Below, one piece after another: positions 26,271 through 39,775 of a DNA stretch of 64,000 nucleotides; position 1 is the first letter of the stretch, and each line of letters opens with the position of its first letter. Source of the DNA: Antedon mediterranea (lineage: Eukaryota; Animalia; Echinodermata); the NCBI RefSeq assembly GCF_964355755.1, contig NC_092672.1:20163237-20227236 (forward strand). Direction: 5' to 3'. Position numbers and translations under genes: made by a program. The notes under the pieces were generated by a model, which saw only the letters and a list, made by a program, of their open reading frames with translations, did not search any database and was not told the DNA's origin.

Positions 26271-29200
26271 TTTATTATTCTTCTTTCTTTCTCAGATTTT
26301 GTGCACGCGTTTTCTCTTGAACGTGTTAACATAACATTTTGTAACTTGGTCAACATATAGACAATTAACTGAAGATGTACTGCCAAGCTTTTTGACAGTG
26401 TCAGATCCGCGTAGCGTAAGTTACGCGCGATTTTCTGAAAATCTTAAATCGGTCATAACTTCGAAACCAATAAATATTTTTTAACGAAATTTTCAGCCAC
26501 GTTTTCTTCACATCAATGGCTAACTTTTGGAATGTTTAACAAATTTTTGGAGATTAGAAAGTTTTCGCGTAAATTGCGTTTGAAATATTTTACTCTTCTT
26601 ATTTTGTGCACGCTGTTTCTCTTCAACGTGTAAACATAATATGTTGTAACTTGTTCAGCATTTAGACATTTTACTGAAGTTGTCCAGCCAAGCTTTTTGA
26701 CGATGTCAGAGCCGCGTAGCGTAAGTTACGCGTGATTTTCTGAAAATCTTAAATTGGTTATAACTTCGAAACAAATGAATATTTGTTAACGTCATTTTCA
26801 GCCACGTTTGCTTCTCATCAATAGTTAACTTTTTTAACGCTACCGCAATTTGTAACATTAGAAAGTGCGCGCGTAAATGGCGTTTGAAATTTTAAAATGC
26901 TTCAAATCAATTTCTGATTAAATTAGAGTACGATTCAGGTCATTTTAAGCGTTAAAAAAATTGCCACTGGTGCGCACATTTTTACGCGCGCATGGCGCAG
27001 GGAACACGTATGAACATTTCTTTTGCACGATTTGTGTTTTTAAATCTTCGGTTAACAATTTTACGTTATTTTATTCACTTTTCAACTTGAAATGGCTTTC
27101 TACGAGCACGTTAAACATGACAGGTTGCGCACGAAAACGTCAACAAATTGTGAAAATGTTGCAAAATATGTCTACTTTTAAAAATGAAACAGTTCATCAG
27201 AATGCAAGGTTACCCCAATTTTTTATTTTATTTTCTTGCAGTGTATTAATCATAGGTCTAATTTATTATAGTCTTGAATGTTAAAAAGTGTTTGATAGCT
27301 ACATTATTTGCATATTAAATGTAATTTTTGAAATAATTATCATCAAACTAACATAAACATATTCAAAGAGTAAAACAATATACATAACGTTTATCTTTTT
27401 TCTTTACATGTTAATATATAAAACTTGAAAGTATGCACTTTCATAATATGTTACTGTTTAAAATTTGTGAAGATTTCATCATAGTAAAAATTATGATTTA
27501 AGTTCGATATGTAATAATCAACTTGCATCGAGGGGGTTCACGACATACCGAATGAACGAGGACTCTTTCTTCGGATTTTCTTCAGCAGGTTCTCATATGG
27601 CTCGATGTGTAGTGCAACCGACTTTGGTATCAGAGGTACCGGGATCGAATCCCATCGCGGGAAAGCAATTAAATAAAAAGATTTGTTTGGTTAATACACT
27701 GAAAGGGCAGTTTTAATTTTGAATAGGCTACTTTTTGGAAAAGTCACAACTGAAAAGTACTTGAATGCGCAAGATATGTTTTGTTGCGGGCGGATAACCA
27801 AACTCGTCCTCAAGTGACGAGTTTAGATCTAGTTTTTTATTATTCTTCTCGATTTCCGCCGATTTTTGTGTTCAGCTTTTCTCTGCAACCTGATAACATA
27901 ACATGTTGTAACTTGGTAAACATTTAGACATTTAGCTGAAGATGTGCAGCCAAGCTTTTGGACACTGGCAGAGCCGCGTAGCGTAAGTTACGTGCGATTT
28001 TCAGAAAATCTTAAATTGATCATAACTTCAAAAACGATAAATATTTTTTAACGTCATTTTCAGCCACGTTTGCTTCACATCAATTGCTAACTTTTTTATC
28101 GCTACCGAAAGTCGAAACATTGGAAAGTGCGCGCGTAAACGGCTTTTGAAATTTTAAAATGCTCCAAATCAATTTCTGATTAAATTAGAGCACGATTCAG
28201 GTCATTTTAAGCGTTTGAAAAATTGCCACCAGGTGCGCACATTTTTACGCGCGCACGGTGCAGGAAACACGTATGAGCATTTCTTTTGCACGATTTGTGT
28301 TTTTCAATCTTCGGTTAACAATTTTACGTTATTTTATTCACTTTTCAACTTGAAATGGCGTTCTACGAGCACGTTAAACATGACTGGTTGCGCACGTAAA
28401 ATGTTAAAAAATTGTGAAAATGTTGCAAAATATGTATACTTTTAAAAATGATACAGTTCATCAGAATGCAAGGTTACCCCCATTTTTTATTTTATTTTCT
28501 TGCAGTGTATGAATTGTAGGTCTGATTTATTATAGTGTTGAATGTTAAAACGTGTTTAATGGCTACATTATTTGCATATTAAATATAATTTTTGAAATTT
28601 TTATCATCAAACAAACATAAACGTTTTCAAGGAGCAAAACAATAAATATAACGTTTATCTTTTTACTTCACATGTTAATATATACAACTTAAAAGTATGC
28701 ACTTTCATAATATGTCACTGTTTAACATTTTTGAAGATTTCATCATAGTAAAAATTATGATTTAGTTTGCTAAGTAATAATCTATTTGCATCGAGTGGTT
28801 CACGACATACCGAATGAACGTGTAAACTTTCTTCGGATTTCCTTCGGCAGGTGCTCATATGGCTCGATGTGTAGTGCAACCGACTTTGGTATCAGAGGTA
28901 CCGGGATCGAATCTCGTCACGGGAAACCAATTAAATAAAAGGATTTATATGGTTATTACAATGAAAGGGCAGTTTTAATTTCGAATAGGCTACTTTTTGG
29001 AAAAGTAATGATTGAAAAGTACTTGAATGCGCAAGATACGTTTTTTTGCGGGCGGATAACCAAACTCGTCCTCAAGTGACGAGTTTAAGTTCTAGTTTTT
29101 TATTATTCTTCTCTATTTCCGCCGATTTTTGTGTTCAGCTTTTCTCTGCAACCTGTTAACATAACATGTTGTAACTTGGTAAACATTTAGACATTTAGCT

Positions 29201-31383
29201 GAAGATGTGCAGCCAAGCTTTTGGACGCTGGCAGAGCCGCGTAGCGTAAGTTTCGCGCGATTTTCAGAAAATCTTAAATTGATCATAACTTCGAAAACGA
29301 TAAATATTTTTTAACGTCATTTTCAACCACGTTTGCTTCACATCAATTGCTAACTTTTTTATCGCTACCGAAAGTTGAAACATTGGAAAGTGCGCGCGTA
29401 AACGGCTTTTGGAATTTTAAAATGCTCCAAATCAATTTCTGATTAAATTAGAGCACGATTCAGGTCATTTTAAGGGTTTGAAAAATTGCCACCAGGTGCG
29501 CACATTTTTACGCGCGCACGGCGCAGGAATCACGTATGAGCATTTCTTTTGCACGATTTGTGTTTTTCAATCTTCGGTTAACAATTTTACGTTATTTTAT
29601 TCACTTTTCAACTTCAAATGGCGTTCTACGATCACGTTAAACATGACTGGTTGCGCACGGAAAATGTTAAACAATTGTGAAAATGTTGCAAAATATGTAT
29701 ACTTTTAAAAATGATACAGTTCATCAGAATGCAAGGTTACCCCTATTTTTTATTTTATTTTCTTGCAGTGTATGAATCATAGGTCTGATTTATTATAGTG
29801 TTGAATGTTAAAACGTGTTTGATGGCTACATTATTTGCAAATTAAATATAATTTTTGAAATTTTTATCATCAAACAAACAATAAAATTTTCAAAGAGCAA
29901 AACAATAAACATAACGTTTATCTTTTTTCTTCACATGTTAATATATAAACCTTAAAAGTATGCACTTTCATAATATGTCACTGTTTAAAATGTGTGTAGA
30001 TTTCATCATAGTGAAAATTATGATTTAGTTTGGTAAGTAATAATCTGTTTGCATCGAGTGGTTAACGACATACCGAATGGACGAGTTAACTTTCTTCGGA
30101 TTCTCTTCAGCAGGTGCTCATATGGCTCGATGTGTAGTGCCACCGACTTTTGTATCAGAGGTACCGGGATCGAATCCCATCACGGGAAAGTAATTAGACA
30201 ACAGGATTTAAATGGTTATTACACTGAAAGGGCAGTTTTACTCTTGAATAGGCTACTTTTTTTGGAAAAGTCATAGAAGTGAGAGAAGTGAGAAGTACTT
30301 TAATACGCAAGATACGTTTTGTTGCGGGCGGATAACCAAACTCGTCCTCAAGTGACGAGTTCAAATCTAGTTATTCTTCCATATTTCCGCCACTTTTTGT
30401 GTTCAACTTTTCTCTGCATCGTGTTAACATAACATGTTGTAACTTTGTAAACATTTCGACATTTAAATGAATTTGTGCAGCGAAGCTTTTGAACGCTGTC
30501 AGATCCGCATAGCGTAAGTTACGCGTGAATTTCTGAAAATCTTAAGTTGATCATAACTTCGAAACAAATAAATATTTTTTAACGTAATTTCCAGCCACGT
30601 TTGCTTTACATCAATTGCTAACTTTTTTATCGCTACCGACATTTGTAACATTGGCAAGTGTGCGCGTAAACGGCTTTTGAAATTTTAAAATGCTCCAAAT
30701 CAATTTCTGATTAAATTAGAACACGATTCAGGTCATTTTAAGGGTTTGAAAAATTGCCACCAGGTGCGCACATTTTTACGTGCGCACGGCGCAGGGAACA
30801 CGTATGAGCATTTCTTTTGCGCGAGTTGTGTTTTTCAATCTTCGGTTAACAATTTAACGTTATTTTAATCACAATTCAACTTGAAATGACGTTCTACGAG
30901 CACGTTAAACATGACTGGTTGCGCACGTAAAATGTTAAAAAAATTGGAAAATGTTGCAAAATATGTATACTTTTAAAAATGATACAGTTCATCAGAATGC
31001 AAGGTTACCCCCATTTTTTTTTTTATTTTCTTGCAGTGTATGAATCATAGGTCTGATTTATTATAATGTTGAATGTTAAAACGTGTTTGGTGGCTACATT
31101 ATTTGCATATTAAATATAATTTTTGAAATTTTTATCATCAAACAAACATTAACTTTTTCAAAGAGCAAAACAATAAACATAACGTTTATCTTTTTTCTTC
31201 ACATGTTAATATATAAAACTTAAAAGTATGCATTTTTATAATATGTCACTTTTTAAAATTTGTGAAGATTTCATCATAGTGAAAATTATGATTTAGTTTG
31301 ATAAGTAATAATCTATTTGCATCGAGTGGTTCACGACATACCGAACGAACGAGTAAACTTTCGTCGGATTTTCTTCAGCAGGT

Positions 31384-31455
31384 GCTCATATGGCTCGATG
31401 TGTAGTGCAACCGACTGTGGTATCAGAGGTACCGGGTTCGAATCCCATCACGGGA
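31384..31455 (+). promoter_or_regulatory. tRNA-derived sequence (Pol III A/B-box-like) carried in each HINE body; representative of 11 copies
   Basis: GCTCATATGGCTCGATGTGTAGTGCAACCGACT.TGGTATCAGAGGTACCGGGTTCGAATCCCATCACGGG has tRNA length and spacing, a GCTC/GTGC D-arm and B box GGTTCGAATCC; acceptor and anticodon stems are broken. Other copies at ~22806(-), 23895/25661(+, interrupted), 27591, 28853, 30116(+), 31966, 33226, 34486, 35751, 37165(-). Confidence 0.75.
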
Positions 31456-31690
31456 AAGTAATTAAAGAACAGGATTTAAATGGTTATTACACTGAAAGGG
31501 CAGTTTTATTTTTGAATAGGCTACTTTTTTTGGAAAAGTCATAACTGAGAAGTACTTGAATACGCAAGATACGTTTTGTTGCGGGCGGATAACCAAACTC
31601 GTCCTCAAGTGACGAGTTTAAGATCTAGTTTTATTGGTTATCCGCCTCAAGCGGATAACCTTTGTTATTGTAGTGTTACTTTGTAGTCAA

Positions 31691-34600
31691 CTTCAGTTAA
31701 ATGTCTAAATGTTTACAAAGTTACAACATGTTATGTTAACACGTTGCAGAGAAAAGTTGAACACAAAAAGTGGCGGAAATATGGAAGAATAACTAGATCT
31801 AAACTCGTCACTTGAGGACGAGTTTGGTTATCCGCCCGCAACAAAACGTATCTTCCGTATTAAAGTACTTCTCAGTTATGACTTTTCCAAAAAAAGGTAG
31901 CCTATTCAAAATTAAAACTGCCATTTCAGTGTAATAACTAAATAAATCCTTCTAATTAATTCTTTTCCCGTGATGGGATTCGAACCCGGTACCTCTGATA
32001 CCAAAGTCGGTTGCACTACACATCGAGCCATATGAGCACCTGCTGAAGAAAATCCGAAGAAAGAGTCCTCGTTCATTCGGTATGTCGTGAACCCCCCCTC
32101 GATGCAAGTTGATTATTACATAATGAACTTAAATCATAATTTTTACTATGATGAAATCTTCACAAATTTTAAACAGTTACATATTATGAAAGTGCATACT
32201 TTCTAGTTTTATATATTAACATGTAAAGAAAAAAGATAAGCGTTATGTTTATTGTTTTGCTCTTTGAATATGTTTATGTTTGTTTGATGATAATTATTTC
32301 AAAAATTACATTTAATATGCAAATAATGTAGCCATCAAACACTTTTAAACATTCAAGACTATAATAAATCACACCTATGATTCATACACTGCAAGAAAAT
32401 AAAATAAAAAATGGGGGTAACCTTGCATTCTGATGAACTGTTTCATTTTTAAAAGTAGACATATTTTGCCACATTTTCACAATTTGTTGACGTTTTCATG
32501 CGCAACCTGTCATGTTTAACGTGCTCGTAGAGCGCCATTTCAAGTTGAAAAGTGAATAAAATAACGTAAAATTGTTAACCGAAGATTTAAAAACACAAAT
32601 CGTGTAAAAGAAATGCTCAAACGTGTTCCCTGCACCGTGCGCGCGTAAAAATGTGCGCACCTGGTGGCAATTTTTCAAACGCCTAAAATTACCTGAATCG
32701 TGCTCTAATTTAATCAGAAATTGATTTGGAGCATTTTAAAATTTCAATCGCCGTTTACGCGCGCACTTTCTAATGTTACAAACTTCTGTAGCGATAAAAA
32801 AGTTTGCAATTGATGTGAAGCAAACGTTGTTTAAAATCACGTTAAAAAATATTTATCTGTTTCGAAATTATTGTCAACTTAAGATTTTCAGAAAATCGCG
32901 CGTGACTTACTCTACGCGGATCTGACATCGTCAAAAAGCTTGGCTGCACATCTTCAGTTAAATGTTTAAATGTTTACAAAGTTACAACATGTTATGTTAA
33001 CACGTCGCAGAGAAAAGCTGAACACAAAAAGTGGCGGAAATATGGAAGAATAACTAGATCTGAAACTCGTCACTTGGGGACGAGTTTGGTTATCCGCCCG
33101 TAACAAAACGTATCTTGCGCATTCAAGTACTTTTCAATCATGACTTTTCCAAAAAGTAGCCTATTCGAAATTAAAACTACCCATTCGGTGTAATAACCAA
33201 ATAAATCCTTTTATTTAATTGTTTTCCCGTGACGGGATTCGATCCCGGTACCACTGATACCAAAGTCGGTTGCACTACACATCGAGCCATATGAGCACCT
33301 GCCGAAGGAAATCCGAAGAAAGTTAACACGTTCATTCGGTATGTCGTGAACCACTCGATGCAAATAGATTATTACTTACCAAACTAAATCATAATTTTTA
33401 CTATGATGAAATCTTCACAAATTTTAACCAGTGACATATTATGAAAGTGCATACTTTTAAGTTTTATATATTAACATGTGAAGAAAAAAGATAAACGTTA
33501 TGTTTATTGTTTTGCTCTTTGAAAAAGTTTATGTTTTTTTGATGATAAAAATTTAAAAAATTATATTTAATATGCAAATAAAGTAGCCATCAAACACGTT
33601 TTAACTTTCAACACTATAATAAATCAGACCTATGATTCATACACTGCAAGAAAATAAAATAAAAAATAGGGGTAACCTTGCATTCTGATGAACTGTATCG
33701 TTTTTAAAAGTATACATATTTTGCAACATTTTCACAATTTTTTAACATTTTACATGCGCAACCAGTCATGTTTAACATGCTCGTAGAACGCCATTTGAAG
33801 TTGAAAAGTGAATAAAATAACGTAAAATTGTTAACCAAAGATTGAAAAACACAAATCGTGCAAAAAAAATGCTCATACGTGTTTCCTGCGCCGTGCGCGC
33901 GTAAAATTGTGCGCACCTGGTGGCAATTTTTGAAACGCTTAAAATGACCTGAATCGTGCTCTAATTTAATCAGAAATTGATTTAGAGCATTTTAAAATTT
34001 CAAACGCCGTTTACTCGCGCACTTTCCAATGTTACAAATTTCGGTAGCAATAAAAAAGTTAGCAATTGATGTGAAGCAAACGTGGCTAAAAATTACGTTA
34101 AAAAATCATCTGTTTCGAAGTTATGATCAACTTAGGATTTTCTGAAAATCGCGCGTGACTTACGCTACGCGGCTCTGCCAGCGTCCAAAAGCTTGGCTGC
34201 ACATCTTCAGCTAAATGTCTAAATGTTTACCAAGTTACAACATGTTGTTTTAACAGGTTGCAGAGAAAAGCTGAACACAAAAATCGGCGGAAATAGAGAA
34301 GAATAATAAAAAACTAGATCTTAAACTCGTCACTTGGGGACGAGTTTGGTTATCCGCCCGTAACAAAACGTATCTTGCGCATTCAAGTACCTTTCAATCA
34401 TGACTTTTCCCAAAAGTAGCCTATTCGAAATTAAAACTGCCCTTTCGGTGTAATAACCAAATAAATCCTTTTATTTAATTGTTTTCCCGTGACGGGATTC
34501 GATCCCGGTACCTCTGATACCAAAGTCGGTTGCACTACACATCGAGCCATATGAGCACCTGCCGAAGAAAAGCCGAAGAAAGTTTACTCGTTCATTCGGT

Positions 34601-37600
34601 ATGTCGTGAACCACTCTATGCAAATAGATTATTACTTAGCAAACTAAATCATAATTTTTACTATGATGAAATCTTCACAAATTTTAAACAGTGACATATT
34701 ATGAAAGTGCATACTTTTAAGTTTTATATATTAACATGTGAAAAAAAAAGATAAACGTTATGTTTATTGTTTTGCTCTTTGAAAAAGTTTATGTTTGTTT
34801 GATGATAAAAATTTCAAAAAATATATTTAATATGCAAATAATGTAGCCATTAAACACGTTTTAACATTCAACACTATAATAAATCAGACCTATGATTCAT
34901 ACATTGCAAGAAAATAAAATAAAAAATGGGGGTAACCTTGCATTCTGATGAACTGTATCATTTTTAAAAGTATACATATTTTGCAACATTTTCACAATTT
35001 TTTAACATTTTACGTGCGCAACCAGACATGTTTAACGTGCTCGTAGAACGCCATTTGAAGTTGAAAAGTAAATAAAATAACATAAAATTGTTAACCGAAG
35101 ATTGAAAAACACAAATCGTGCAAAAGAAATGTTCATACGTGTTTCCTGCGCCGTGCGCGCGTAAAAATGTGCGCACCTGGTGGCAATTTTTCAAACACTT
35201 AAAATGACCTGAATCGTGCTCTAATTTAATCAGAAATTGATTTAGGGCATTTTAAAATTTCAAACGCCGTTTACTCGCGCACTTTCCAATGTTACAAATT
35301 TCGGTAGCGATAAAAAAGTTAGAAATTGATGTGAAGCAAACGTGGCTCAAAGTTACGTTAAAAAATATTCATCTGTTTCAAAGTTATGATCAACTTAGGA
35401 TTTTCTGAAAATCGCGCGTGACTTACGCTACGCGGCTCTGCCAGCGTCCAAAAGCTTGGCTGCACATCTTCAGCTAAATTTCTAAATGTTTACCAAGTTA
35501 CAACATGTTATGTTAACAGGTTGCAGAGAAAAGCTGAACACAAAAATCGGCGGAAATAGAGAAGAATAATAAAAAACTAGATCTTAAACTCGTCACTTGA
35601 GGACGAGTTTGGTTATCCGCCCGCAACAAAACGTATCTTGCGTATTAAAGTACTTCTCAGTTATGACTTTTCCAAAAAAAGTAGCCTATTCAAAAGTAAA
35701 ACTGCCCTTTCGGTGTAATAACCATTTAAGTCCTGTTATTTAATTACTTTCCCGTGATGGGATTCGAACCCGGTACATCTGATACCAAAGCCGGTGGCAC
35801 TACACACCGAGCCATATGAGCACCTGCTGAAGAGAATCCGAAGAAAGTTAACTCGTCCATTCGGTATGTCGTGAACCACTCGATGCAAATAGATTATTAC
35901 TTTCCAAACTATATCATAATTTTCACTATGATGAAATCTTCACAAATTTTAACCAGTGACATATTATGAAAGTGCATACTTTTTAGTTTTATATATTAAC
36001 ATGTGAAGAAAAAAGATAAACGTTATGTTTATTGTTTTGTTCTTTGAAAAAGTTTATGTTTGTTTGATGATAAAAATTTCAAAAATTATATTTAATATGC
36101 AAATAATGTAGCCATCAAACACGTTTTAACATTCAACACTATAATAAATCAGACCTATGATTCATACACTGCAAGAAAATAAAATAAAAAATAGGGGTAA
36201 CCTTGCATTCTGATGAACTGTATCATTTTTAAAAGTATACATATTTTGCAACATTTTCACAATTTTTTAACATTTTACGTGCGCAACCAGTCATGTTTAA
36301 CGTGCTCGTAGAACGCCATTTGAAGTTGAAAAGTGAATAAAATAACGTAAAATTGTTAACCGAAGATTGAAAAACACAAATCGTGCAAAAGAAATGCTCA
36401 TACGTGTTTCCTGCACCGTGCGCGCGTAAAAATGTGCGCACCTGGTGGCAATTTTTCAAACGCTTAAAATGACCTGAATCGTGCTCTAATTAAATCAGAA
36501 ATTGATTTGGAGCATTTTAAAATTTCAAAAGCCGTTTACGCGCGCACTTTCCAATGTTTCAACTTTCGGTAGCGATAAAAAAGTTAGCAATTGATGTGAA
36601 GCAAACGTGGCTGAAAATGACGTTAAAAAATATTTATCGTTTTCGAAGTTATGATCAATTTAAGATTTTCTGAAAATCGCACGTAACTTACGCTACGCGG
36701 CTCTGCCAGCGTCCAAAAGCTTGGCTGCACATCTTCAGCTAAATGTCTAAATGTTTACCAAGTTACAACATGTTATGTTAACAAGTTGCAGAGAAAAGCT
36801 GAACACAAAAATCGGCGGAAATCGAGAAGAATAATAAAAAAAAAGTAACACTACAATTCCAAGGGCTTATCCGCTTGAGGCGGATAACCAAAAAGTAACA
36901 CTACAATTCCAAGGGCTTATCCGCTTGAGGCGGATAACCAAAAAGTAACACTACAATTCCAAGGGCTTATCCGCTTGAGGCGGATAACCAACTAGACATG
37001 GAACTCGTCACTTGAGGACGAGTTTGGTTATCCGCCCGCATCAAACCGTATCTTGCGCATTCAAGTACTTTTCATTTATGACTTTTCAAAAAAGTATCGT
37101 ATTCAAAATTAAAACGGACCTTTCGGTTTAATAACCAAATAAATCCTTTTATTTAATTGTTTTCGCCTGATGGGATTCGAACCCGGTACCTCTGATACCA
37201 AAGGCGGTTGCACTACACATCGAGTCATATGAGCACCTGCTGAAGAAAATCCGAAGAAAGATTACTCGTTCACTCGGTATGTCGTGAACCCCTCGATGCA
37301 AGTTGATTATTACATACCGAACTAAATCATAATTTTTACTATGATGAAATCTTCACAAATTTCAAACAGTAACATATTATGAAAGTGCATACTTTCAAGT
37401 TTTATATAATAACATGTGAAGAAAAAAGATGAATGTTATGTTTATTGTTTTGCTCTTTGAAAATGTTATTGCTTGTTTGATGATAAAAATTTCAAAAAAT
37501 ATTTTTAATATGCAAATAATGTATCCATCAAACACGTTTTAACATTCAACCCTATAATAAATCAGACCTATGATTCATACACTGCAAGAAAATAAAATAA

Positions 37601-37833
37601 AAAATTGGGGTAACCTTGCATTCTGATGAACTGTATCGCTTTTAAAAGTAGACATATTTTGCAACATTTTCACAATTTTTTGACATTTTACGTGCGCAAC
37701 CAGTCATGTTTAACATGCTCGTAGAACGTCATTTTAAGTTGAATAGTGATTAAAATAACGTAAAATTGTTAACCGAAGATTGAAAAACACAAATTGTGCA
37801 AAAGAAATGTTCATACGTGTTCCCTGCGCCGTG
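31691..37833 (-). mobile_element. Minus-orientation HINE array (unit ends CTAG at 31793, 33054, 34314, 35577, 36992)
   Basis: Reverse complement of the same unit, periods 1260-1263 bp; three tandem 5' caps at 36841-36990; last copy truncated at ~37833. Confidence 0.88.
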
Positions 37834-38112
37834 AAATAAAATTGATTATAGATGATATAGTTAGTATACTGTTATCTGTTTAATATTTCAGAATATAAAT
37901 ACCTTCATCATGAGCATAAGAATAGTTTACAAAAAAACAATACATTTTACAATGCTTTGTAGAAATAATCATTTAAAATTGATTGTTGTTTTTAGAAAAA
38001 TTATTTCATCATTGAAAAAAATATTAACTTTTATTAAATTAAGGATATTTATAAGATTATTAATATTAGTCATGTTTTGTAACTGTTGTTTATTATTTAA
38101 TATTTTCAATAG

Positions 38113-38211
38113 GATGGCTGGACAGCATTAATATATGCTGCTAATGCAGGTAATACAACCATCTGCCAACTGGTCTTAGATGGTGGAGCTGATGTCAATA
38201 TGCAGACTAAT
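38113..38211 (+). CDS. Ankyrin-repeat protein, internal exon (one repeat)
   Basis: ttttcaatag|99 bp|gtaagt; translates DGWTALIYAANAGNTTICQLVLDGGADVNMQTN, phase 0. Confidence 0.93.
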
Positions 38212-39775
38212 GTAAGTCATACACACAGTTTATAACATTAATTTAACCTTCAGTGAAACAAATCAATAAATTGAAACAATTGTTTTTAGAATTTAGATGA
38301 CTACCACCACTATAAGACTTTAGGAAAATCATATATAATATCTCTATGGGAAGATTAATTTAGTTGACAATACACTACTGTAGTATCCATGTTATTATAC
38401 TATTGTAGTTATATTATAATAATACCAATTCTTGTAACAAACTTATTTTAAATATATCTTGTACATTCTTAAAATGAATAGAATAACACAATACTGGTGT
38501 GTATATAGGTCAATATAGAAATGATGAATATTATAAGTTATAAACACATGCGTAATAACTTATTTTCTTCTTTTTTACAAATTATCATACTATTACTATT
38601 CTATTTAAATTTGCAATCAAATTTTTGTATTAAGAACATGTATACTTCAAGTTACTTGTTTACACACTGTTATACCATAACATTAATATGTGTATTCAAT
38701 AATATACACATTTATTTTCCATAATTCATTGCCGAATGCTGCTTTTAGAAATAAAGTGTGAAATGAATTTTACACCACAGTTTTTAAAAATGTTTGCTAT
38801 TGATTAATAAAAATGCTGATAGCATACACCTCAATCATCAAAGTAAAATTAAAATGGTATTAAAGTTGGTATGTTTTTATAAATTGATAACATTCAATAG
38901 AATACTCATAACACTTTTCTTAGCATAAACTCCTTTTGAACATTAACTTATTTTAGTATGCGAGGCAAGTTAGATGATTTGTCAAGTTGTATTTTAAATT
39001 TTAGGGCTTTCAACAATCTACAACATTTTAATTTTTATGAGCTAATTAAAATACAATATCTAGCTATTATTTGGCTTTTCAAAATCTACAGTATTCTAGC
39101 TAATTTTGGGTTATTTAAATCTAATTGTGAATTGCTATAAGGCCACATAACAAAAATGATGATTATGTATTAAAATGTACCACATGTATAGTAATGAACA
39201 CAATGATGATGAAAACAATTATGAAGTATCATATCAAAAAGATGTATACTGTCTCACTTTGGAATAATTTGTGTGACAAATATTTAAAAGTGTGATAATT
39301 ACAGGATATTACAACAATAGTGAAACAGTAAAACATGAGAACATTTTAAAATTAAATAATTATTATGTTAAGTATGATTTATAAAGTTATTCTTCACATT
39401 TTCATCGATATTTAAACTATTGAACAAGCCAACACTACAGTACATAAATAGCAAAGCCTATTACAATGCTATCACAATATCTCCAATAAAGTAATGTTGA
39501 AAGTTTTTACTTATTATATAGTAGAAGGTATTTGATATGTAATGCCTAATTTTAATAATAAGACCTGTATGAATCATCAATAGTTACAAATTGTAAAAAA
39601 ATGTTGAGTCTTAATTTAATTTTGTTTGCATGGTCACTCACTATGCTATAAGATCATAGAGGTAATAATTGCATTTAACTTAACTGTGGAATAGCTTTGT
39701 GTCACATAATACAACTATTCTATTGATCAGGTTTTTCAGTCACATACTATCTCTGATTAAAATGAATTTATTTGA

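Larger units (their letters stand above)
23282..31685 (+). mobile_element. Plus-orientation HINE array (~1.26-kb units ending in CTAG at 25894, 27832, 29095, 30370, 31628)
   Basis: Each unit ends GGCGGATAACCA-AACTCGTCCTCAAGTGACGAGTT-..-CTAG|T; the 5' end carries the inverted sub-TIR within its own hairpin TTATCCGC-CTCAA-GCGGATAA; no RepHel ORF. Confidence 0.88.

Noticed and set aside
31384-31455. Functional tRNA gene cluster
   Set aside because: Acceptor and anticodon stems do not pair and the anticodon loop is irregular; treated as tRNA-derived, isotype unassignable.
26961-36459. Recurrent 60-107 aa ORFs (MKNCHQVRTFLRAHG.., MHRVV..)
   Set aside because: They are by-products of the repeat unit, mostly with non-ATG starts, frameshifts between copies and no recognisable domain.
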